A model generated the notes under the pieces. The model saw only the letters and a program-made list of their open reading frames with translations. It did no database searches and had not been told where the DNA came from. 64,000 nt of DNA from Chloroflexota bacterium (lineage in GTDB: Bacteria; Chloroflexota; UBA11872; VXOZ01). Where the stretch lies: positions 1,088,001 to 1,152,000 of the forward strand of contig OY760183.1 in NCBI GenBank assembly GCA_963663275.1, written 5' to 3'. The translations under genes and the position numbers were made by a program. Shown here piece by piece: positions 57,419 through 64,000 of this stretch (position 1 is its first letter; each line of letters begins with the position of its first letter).

Positions 57419-59308
57419 CTACGACCCGATCACACGCGAGCCGCCGGCTTTCGTCACCACCACCAGGCTCGGTTTGGCTGGGCTGGTATTATCCGGCCAC
57501 GTGCTGGTCGGTGCCGCGATGGTACCGCCTTCGCCCGGGTGCTGCATGGCGCAGAAGAAGGCGCGGTTATCGGGTGTGAACTCCGGCCCGCAGATTTCCG
57601 CGCCCGCGGGCGCGCTCACGAACTGCCGCGCGTAGCCGCGCTCCGCGCCCACGGTGGGCACCGCAAACACGCCGTCGTTCTTGCCCAGGCGTTCCGGTTG
57701 GCCGTCGGTGGCAATCCACAGGTTGCCTCGCGCGTCGAACGCGACGTTGTCCGGATTGGCGAACGGGCTGACTTTCGTCATGTCGTAGCCGGCGTAGTAG
57801 GCTCGATGTTCCTCGATCTCGGGATCGCCGCAGAGAATGAAGATGTCCCAGGTGAACGCCGCCGCAGTCGGGTCATCGGCCTCTTCGGTAATCTCGATGA
57901 TGTGGCCGAAGGCGTTGGGGCCGCGTGGATTGGCGGCGTCGGTGTCGCCTTCCGCGCGCTCGGTGTTGTTGGTCATCACCGCGTAGAGTTTGCCCGTCAC
58001 CGGGTTCGTCTCGATGTCCTCCGGGCGGTCCATGGGCGTCGCGCCCAGCAGGTCCGCCGCGCCGCGGGTGTTGATGAGCACGTCGGCGGCGGACCAATCG
58101 GCCAGGCAACCCTCGCCCGCCGCAAGCTTGAGCCAGCAGCCGGTCCCGCCTTCCTCGAACCTGGCCGCGTACAGGTCGCCTTCCTCCAGCAGCGTGAGGT
58201 TATGCGCCCGGTCGTGGGGATCGTACGCGCGGCTGCTGACGAACTTGTACATGTAATCGAAGCGCTGGTCGTCGCCGGAGTAGACCACGGCTTTCCCGTC
58301 CGGCGCGATCACCACGGTGGCGGCCTCGTGGCGGAAGCGGCCGAGCGCGGTGTGCTTCTTCGGCGTTGAATCCGGGCCATAGGGATCGATTTCCACGATC
58401 CAGCCGAAGCGAAAAGGCTCGTTCGGCTCCTTGCTCGCGTCGAAGCGGTCGTGGAATTTCTCCCAGCCCAGTTCGCTGCTGGCGGCCGGCAGGCCGTAGC
58501 GTTCGTGGACGGCGCGGCGCGGGTCGCAGGCGTCGATGCCGCCGGCGTTGCCGAAGTAGTCCTGAAAGTTCTCCTCGGCCAGCAGCGCCGTGCCCCAGGG
58601 AGTCTTGCCGCCGGAGCAGTTGTTCAGCGTGCCCAGCACGTTCGCGCCGGTGGGATCGGCCGTCGTTTGCAGCAGTTCGTGGCCGGCGGCGGGGCCGGTC
58701 ACTGCCATTGCGGTCTCCGCCGTGATACGGCGGTTGAAGGCGGAGCGCCTGCTGTAGAGCCACTCACCGGCTGCCTCAAACACCTCGATCACGGTGGCGC
58801 CGTGGGCGGCCATTTCCACCGCTGCCTGCTTCTCGGTAAGGTTCTCGCCGTCGTATGCCGGGAACATGAGTTCGGGGTTTACGTACTCGTGGCTCACCGC
58901 CAGCAGGCCCCGGTCGGAGACCGGATACCGGTAGTCGGGCAGCGGGAAGAAGCCCACGAAGTCGTTGTTGTAGCCGAACTGCCGCTCCTGGCTCGCTTGG
59001 CTTTGGTTGTCCAGGTCCAGGGCCGGCGCTTCGGGGAAGAGCGGGTCGCCCCAGCGAATGAGCGTCTTCCAGGAGTACCCCGGCGGCACGAGCACGGTGT
59101 CTTCCTCGCTTAAAGCAATCGGGCTGAAGCCTATGGACTCGCCAATGTAGGCGGCGGCGCTGGGGGCGTGGGCCAGGGCGCCGCCAAAGACCATTACCGG
59201 CACGGCTGCGGCCGCGCCGGCCAGCGCCGCGCGCCGGGTCAGACGGCGGTCGACGATTTCCGCAAACGTGGGACCGGTAGGTGCGCTGCCGTTACGCGCA
59301 TCACGCAT
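57419..59308 (-). CDS. phoX: PhoX family alkaline phosphatase (Tat-exported)
   Basis: TRRAAL; FGYNND, HEY, NNCSGG.TPWGT..EEN, LGRFRHEA, MDRPED, NPDN, EICGP, QHPGE. Confidence 0.93.
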   Translation of the reverse strand: MRDARNGSAPTGPTFAEIVDRRLTRRAALAGAAAAVPVMVFGGALAHAPSAAAYIGESIGFSPIALSEEDTVLVPPGYSWKTLIRWGDPLFPEAPALDLDNQSQASQERQFGYNNDFVGFFPLPDYRYPVSDRGLLAVSHEYVNPELMFPAYDGENLTEKQAAVEMAAHGATVIEVFEAAGEWLYSRRSAFNRRITAETAMAVTGPAAGHELLQTTADPTGANVLGTLNNCSGGKTPWGTALLAEENFQDYFGNAGGIDACDPRRAVHERYGLPAASSELGWEKFHDRFDASKEPNEPFRFGWIVEIDPYGPDSTPKKHTALGRFRHEAATVVIAPDGKAVVYSGDDQRFDYMYKFVSSRAYDPHDRAHNLTLLEEGDLYAARFEEGGTGCWLKLAAGEGCLADWSAADVLINTRGAADLLGATPMDRPEDIETNPVTGKLYAVMTNNTERAEGDTDAANPRGPNAFGHIIEITEEADDPTAAAFTWDIFILCGDPEIEEHRAYYAGYDMTKVSPFANPDNVAFDARGNLWIATDGQPERLGKNDGVFAVPTVGAERGYARQFVSAPAGAEICGPEFTPDNRAFFCAMQHPGEGGTIAAPTSTWPDNTSPAKPSLVVVTKAGGSRVIGS

Positions 59309-59667
59309 GGAGAACTCCTCCTGAATGCACTGCGGTTGGTTTCAGCCATTACCGCTTGCGCCGCCACTTGCCGCTATGGTACCGGAAGCTGACTTGAGAG
59401 TGTACGAGCATCGGGTGTAGAGGCACGACACGCCGTGCCCCGACACCGCGCGCCAAGCCGTGTAGAGATTCATACCAGGGTGCGGAAGGGCGTCGCCGGC
59501 GCGTTACGATGCCGCAAAGAATACGTTGGCGGCGCCGGCCGGCGGCATAGCGGCGGGAAAAGGGCTCGAGGGTGGGCCGGCCTTGCGCGTACCGGCGGAG
59601 ATTGTGTTTTCCTTCACAAGTGCGGTATGCTGCACGCAAGCCTACGCAATCGAAGGAGGATGGAACT

Positions 59668-60666
59668 GTGGCTCTGACACGACGGACACTGCTGCGCGGC
59701 GCGGCGGCCGGCGCGCTGGCGCTCCCCATATTGGCGGCCTGCGGCCAGGTGACGGTAACGCCTGACGATGCGGCAGAACCGGCGGCCCCGGCGGAACCGG
59801 CGAAACTCCGCATCGGCGACCTGCCGCTGATCGACATGCTGCCGGTCTACGTGGCCGAACAGGAAGGCCTGTTCCCGGAAAACCTGGAAGTGGAACTGGT
59901 GCCGTTTTCCAGCGCCCTGGAGCGCGACACGGCCTACACCTCGAAGCAGGTGGACGGCGTGCTCAACGACTTCGTTTCGGCAACCGCCCTCAACCGCGAG
60001 CAGGACTTCACCCGCAACGTGCGCGTGATTCTGCGCTCCACGCCGCAACTCTCGCTGTTCGCCCTGCTGGCCAGCAAAGAGTCCGACATCGAGAAGATCG
60101 AGGACGTGAAGGGAAAAGAGATCGCCATCTCGCCCAACACGATCATCGAGTACGTGCTGGACCGCATGCTCGGCACGGTGGGCCTGGGGCACGACGACGT
60201 GGAGAAACTGGCGGTGCCCAGCATTCCCTTGCGCCTGGAGATGCTGAACCAGAGCAACGTGACCGCCGCCGTGCTGCCGGAGCCCCTGGTCAGCTTCAGC
60301 ATGTTGCAGGGCGGCTCGCGCCTGATCATGGACGATGCCGAGACCCAGTTCGGCGCGTCGCTGCTCTCGTTCCGCAGCGAGGTCATCGCCAACCATGAGG
60401 ATACCGTGCGCGGCTTCATGAACGGCTTCGAGGCCGGCGTCAGCCGCATCAACAGCGAGCCGGGCAACTATCAGGAATTGATGGAAGCGCGCGGCCGCAT
60501 TCCACCGCCCCTGGCCGGCACGTTCTCCGTGCCCCAGTTCCCGGCGCCCGCGGTGGTGCCCCAGGCGGAGTTCGAGGCGGTGGGAGAATGGGCGGTGGAG
60601 CGCGGCCTGCTGCAAGAGGCGATACCCTACGAAAAACTGGTGGATACGCGGTTCCTGCCGGGATAG
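59668..60666 (+). CDS. NitT/TauT (SsuA/THI5-like) ABC substrate-binding lipoprotein
   Basis: TRRTLL Tat motif, LAAC lipobox, P.YVAEQEGLF, LPEP; AAGGAGG SD. Confidence 0.85.
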   Translation: MALTRRTLLRGAAAGALALPILAACGQVTVTPDDAAEPAAPAEPAKLRIGDLPLIDMLPVYVAEQEGLFPENLEVELVPFSSALERDTAYTSKQVDGVLNDFVSATALNREQDFTRNVRVILRSTPQLSLFALLASKESDIEKIEDVKGKEIAISPNTIIEYVLDRMLGTVGLGHDDVEKLAVPSIPLRLEMLNQSNVTAAVLPEPLVSFSMLQGGSRLIMDDAETQFGASLLSFRSEVIANHEDTVRGFMNGFEAGVSRINSEPGNYQELMEARGRIPPPLAGTFSVPQFPAPAVVPQAEFEAVGEWAVERGLLQEAIPYEKLVDTRFLPG

Positions 60667-61039
60667 GCGGCGAACGGCGGGCGCTCCGGGCGCAAGCGGT
60701 CTTGCGATGTGCGCCGTTTGCGTTCAGCGCACCCGATTTTCATTGCCATTGGTTTGCGCTGAGCGCAGGCGGGCTCACGAAGAGCGCCGTTCGCGCCGGG
60801 CGCAAGCAGGCTCACGATGTGCGCCGTTCGTTTTAAGCGCAAGCGGGTATAGGACGTACGCCGTTCGTGTTGAGCGAAAGCGCGTTTGCAGTGTGTGGCC
60901 CTTGCGCTGAGTGTAAGCGCGGTCGCAATCTGAGCCGTTCGCGCTGAGCCTGTCGAAGCGCAGGCCGGCGCGGTGTCTCTGTCGCGTGTCCGCCCGCCAA
61001 GTGACGCGGTTTCACCAGCATGGAGACGGGAGCGGGTGC

Positions 61040-61852
61040 ATGAGCGCGCAGCCCCAGACCGCGCGGCAGGCGGACAGACCCGCCGCTGAGACCGCCGCCA
61101 CGCCCCGCGCGGAACTCCACGGCGTCACCTTCGCCTACCGTGAAGGCCAGCCAATCTTCCGGGACTTCTGCTGGCGAATCGCGCCCGGCGAGGCCTGGTC
61201 CGTCATCGGCCCCTCCGGTTGCGGCAAGTCCACGCTGCTCTACCTGCTCACGGGCCTGCGGCAACCCCAGGCGGGCAGCGTGCGCGTGGACGGCGGCGCC
61301 GTGGGCAAGCCGCGCCCCAGCAGCACGACCGGCCTGATCCTGCAAGACTACGGCCTGCTGCCCTGGGCGACGGTGTGGGACAACGTGCGGCTGGGCCTGC
61401 AATTGCGCGGCGCGCCGCGCGCCCAGCAGGAGGAACAGGTAGCCTACTGGCTGGAGCGGCTCGGCATCGCGGCGCTGCGCGACCACTATCCCGCCCAACT
61501 CTCCGGCGGCCAACGCCAGCGCGCGGCCATCGCCCGCACCTTGGTCTTCCAGCCGAACCTGCTGCTGATGGACGAGCCGTTCAACTCGCTGGACGCCCTC
61601 ACCCGCGAGCGCCTGCAACACGTGGTCCTGGAGTTGATTGTGGAACACGGCCTGACGACGGTGCTGGTGACGCACAATATCGAGGAGGCGGTCTTTCTCG
61701 GCCAAAGGGTGCTGGCGCTGGCCCAGCCGCCCACCGCCGCGACGACGATTTTCGAGAATACCCACGACGATCCCCACGCCTACCGCTCGGCGCCGGCGTT
61801 CCTCACCCAATGCACGGCTCTGCGGACGCTCCTGGGCGGGCCGGAGGAGTAG
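61040..61852 (+). CDS. NitT/TauT ABC transporter ATP-binding protein
   Basis: GPSGCGKST, LLPWATV, LSGGQRQR, LLMDEPF, VTH. Confidence 0.93.
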   Translation: MSAQPQTARQADRPAAETAATPRAELHGVTFAYREGQPIFRDFCWRIAPGEAWSVIGPSGCGKSTLLYLLTGLRQPQAGSVRVDGGAVGKPRPSSTTGLILQDYGLLPWATVWDNVRLGLQLRGAPRAQQEEQVAYWLERLGIAALRDHYPAQLSGGQRQRAAIARTLVFQPNLLLMDEPFNSLDALTRERLQHVVLELIVEHGLTTVLVTHNIEEAVFLGQRVLALAQPPTAATTIFENTHDDPHAYRSAPAFLTQCTALRTLLGGPEE

Positions 61853-61946
61853 AAAGCGCCAGGCCGCCGGCTCAGTGGCGTCGCGTAAAGCGTCATGCGC
61901 GACATTGTTTCTCCAGAACTTGAGAATCGGCTGAACCCGCACGCAG

Positions 61947-62665
61947 CCGTTCGCCTTGAGCCTGTCGAAAGGCCCGTGCTGAGCTTGCCGAAGTATGGAC
62001 GGCGGGTTGGTTGTAGAGCACTTGTACTACCGGTTCATACTTCGACGGGCTCAGCACGAACGGGTAGTACAGTGCTCATCAGATCTATTGCGACAATATC
62101 GGGCCGCCGGCCGAGCGCGCCCGGTGTGTTAGGCTGTGTGGAGACCTGCCCGTTATTGTCATGAGAACAACTGGCGCAGGCAGTGCCGCTCCGGTAGCGC
62201 AGGTTTGTAACCTGCGCCCGCCGTCGCACATGGAAGGCAGGAGGCGGGGGACAAGCCCCCGCGCTACGACAGATTCCCTCTCCTGGGGGAGAGGGTTAGG
62301 GTGAGGGGGGACGGGCCTGGTAGGTGTGGCAGAAAGATTCGAGGCAAGGGACATTGCGGTGTCGGCGTGCGACAATTCCGGTAGCGCAGGTTTGTAACCT
62401 GCGTCCGCCGTCGCCCCGCCGCATGGGAGAGAGCAGGAGGCGGGGGACAAGCCCCCGCGCTACGAGAGAGGACGCTGCATCAGGCGGGGGACGAGCCCCC
62501 GCGCTACGACAGGTTCCCTCTCCTGGGGGAGAGGGTTAGATTGATGCGACAGCATTAGGGCTAAGCCCCTGCGATACGTCCATAGCCGCCGCGCGCGGGG
62601 AGCAAGAGGCGGGGGACGAGCCCCCGCGCTACATAGTTGCAACAACATCAGGGACAAGCCCCTGT
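61947..62665. repeat. Large mixed REP cluster
   Basis: CCGTTCG..TGAGCCTGTCGAA pair; GTAGCGCAGGTTTGTAACCTGCG x2; GCGGGGGAC(A/G)AGCCCCCGCGCTAC x4; CCCTCTCCTGGGGGAGAGGG x2. Confidence 0.88.
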
Positions 62666-62699
62666 GATACGTGTATAGCATGAACGCGCTGTGAATAGC

Positions 62700-63524
62700 A
62701 TGAATGCCATTCCGCACTACATCATGAGCAAGGACAACCCGCAGATCAAGCGGGCGCGGGCGTTGCTGCAATCCTCGCGGCAGCGGCGGGAGGAGCGGGC
62801 GTTCGTGGTGGAGGGAGTGCGTCTGGTGGAGGAGGCGCTTGCCGCCGGGCGCGTGGCGGCGCTTTTCGCCTGTCCCGAAATGCTGGCCGCCCACGCCCGC
62901 AGCCGTGTGTTTCTCGAAAACCTGGACGACCCCGGCGACTACGCCCTCATCCACGTCGCGCCGGACATCTTCGCGGCTTTGGCGGATACCGCCTCGCCCC
63001 AGGGTGTCGCGGCGGTCTGTTCCATGCCGGCAGAGTCGGCGCTGCCGGCCGCAACCAACCTGGCCGTGCTGCTCGACGGCGTGCAAGACCCCGGCAACGC
63101 CGGTATGATCCTGCGCGCCGCCGCGGCCGCCAACGCCGGCGGTGTGCTCTTTGGGCCCGGCAGCGTCGATCCGTACAATCCCAAAGTGCTGCGCGGCGCG
63201 ATGGGCGCGCACTTTCGCACAACGCTGCTCAACCTCCGCAGCGAGGATGACGCGCGCCAGGCGGCGGGCAGGTTTCCGCAGCGGGTCGCGGCGGCGGCGC
63301 GAGAGGGCGCGCGCTACGATACGCTCGATTGGACCGAACCGACACTGCTGATCGTCGGCGCGGAGGCCCACGGCGCCAGCGCGTTGGGAACCAGCCTGCA
63401 AACCGCGGCCGCGTCGATCCCGCTCGCCAGGGGGGTCGAATCCCTCAACGTGGGCATGGCCGCGGGCATCCTGCTCTTCGAGGCCGTGCGGCAGCGGCAA
63501 ACTACCGCACAGAACCCCGCTTAG
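62700..63524 (+). CDS. TrmH/SpoU family RNA methyltransferase
   Basis: FVVEGVRL, DGVQDPGNAG.ILR, R..MGA, GAEAHG, ESLNV. Confidence 0.93.
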   Translation: MNAIPHYIMSKDNPQIKRARALLQSSRQRREERAFVVEGVRLVEEALAAGRVAALFACPEMLAAHARSRVFLENLDDPGDYALIHVAPDIFAALADTASPQGVAAVCSMPAESALPAATNLAVLLDGVQDPGNAGMILRAAAAANAGGVLFGPGSVDPYNPKVLRGAMGAHFRTTLLNLRSEDDARQAAGRFPQRVAAAAREGARYDTLDWTEPTLLIVGAEAHGASALGTSLQTAAASIPLARGVESLNVGMAAGILLFEAVRQRQTTAQNPA

Positions 63525-64000
63525 CTGTCCGCATCCCCAGTGCGCGCATCGTCAGCGGTGAAAGAAGCAAGCGCCGCGTCCCACGCCGTCTCCGACGCCA
63601 GCACGCTCAGCACGTACTCGTTCAGACCCTCCGCTTGCGGAATCTCGTGCGTGGTTACGGCGTAGAGCACGTCGCCGTCGGAGATGGTGTGCAGCGGTTC
63701 GATCGCCCGTGCCATGGACGTATGCACGTGGCGGGCCAGTTGGCGCTGCGACCACCCGCCGAGGGATTGGTTGGTGACGACCACGGTCAGGGTCGTGTTG
63801 CCGCGCGGCGGCAGACCGGCGTCGGCTACCCGCGGCCGCGCGCCCGTGCGCGGGTCCCGGGAACCGCGCACCACCCGCCCCTGGCGGTCTACCAGCGCGC
63901 CCACCGCGTTCACCACCGTGAAGACGGCCACTTTCACGCCGTCGATCTCGCGGAACGCGCCGCCCTGCCCGGCGGATTCGCTTTGGTAGGGGTCTTGCAG
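63521..64000 (-). CDS. P1/S58 (DmpA/NylC-like) Ntn hydrolase, C-terminal part
   Basis: Frame open to window end: SAGQGGAFR..VVNAVG..DR.G.VVRG, GNTTLTVVVTN, HTSMARAIEPLHTISDGDVLYAVTT. Confidence 0.85.
   Translation of the reverse strand: MQDPYQSESAGQGGAFREIDGVKVAVFTVVNAVGALVDRQGRVVRGSRDPRTGARPRVADAGLPPRGNTTLTVVVTNQSLGGWSQRQLARHVHTSMARAIEPLHTISDGDVLYAVTTHEIPQAEGLNEYVLSVLASETAWDAALASFTADDARTGDADS

Overview
High-GC bacterial chromosome segment; gene content (Tat lipoprotein SBPs, paralogous Gfo/Idh/MocA and DegT enzymes, a secreted PT-rich protein) suggests a Chloroflexota genome, but that is inference. Housekeeping and metabolic genes: aroE, aroC-aroK-aroB, purD, pyrG, ubiX, phoX, a TrmH methyltransferase, tRNA-Pro(GGG) and a sulfur-relay cluster (Rrf2-MoeB-JAB-LarE plus YeeE-YeeD). 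Small toxin-antitoxin/defence-like cassettes are scattered singly between these genes: DUF6978-DUF1828-like pair, Uma2, Zn-ribbon-NYN-TPR, a TIGR04255-like/small protein/PIN triad, a coiled-coil protein with a RelE-like end, DarTG, and Panacea plus a membrane protein. The best candidate for an undescribed system is a triple tandem array of [DUF5678-like small protein + retropepsin-like aspartic protease] just upstream of purD. It has a decayed middle protease and a mosaic identity pattern suggesting cassette exchange. Intergenic DNA holds several REP families, two MITE families with 5-bp target duplications nested into hairpins, and an IS4-family element inserted exactly in a REP loop with an 11-bp duplication. 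Family assignments come from motif recognition by eye; no searches were run.
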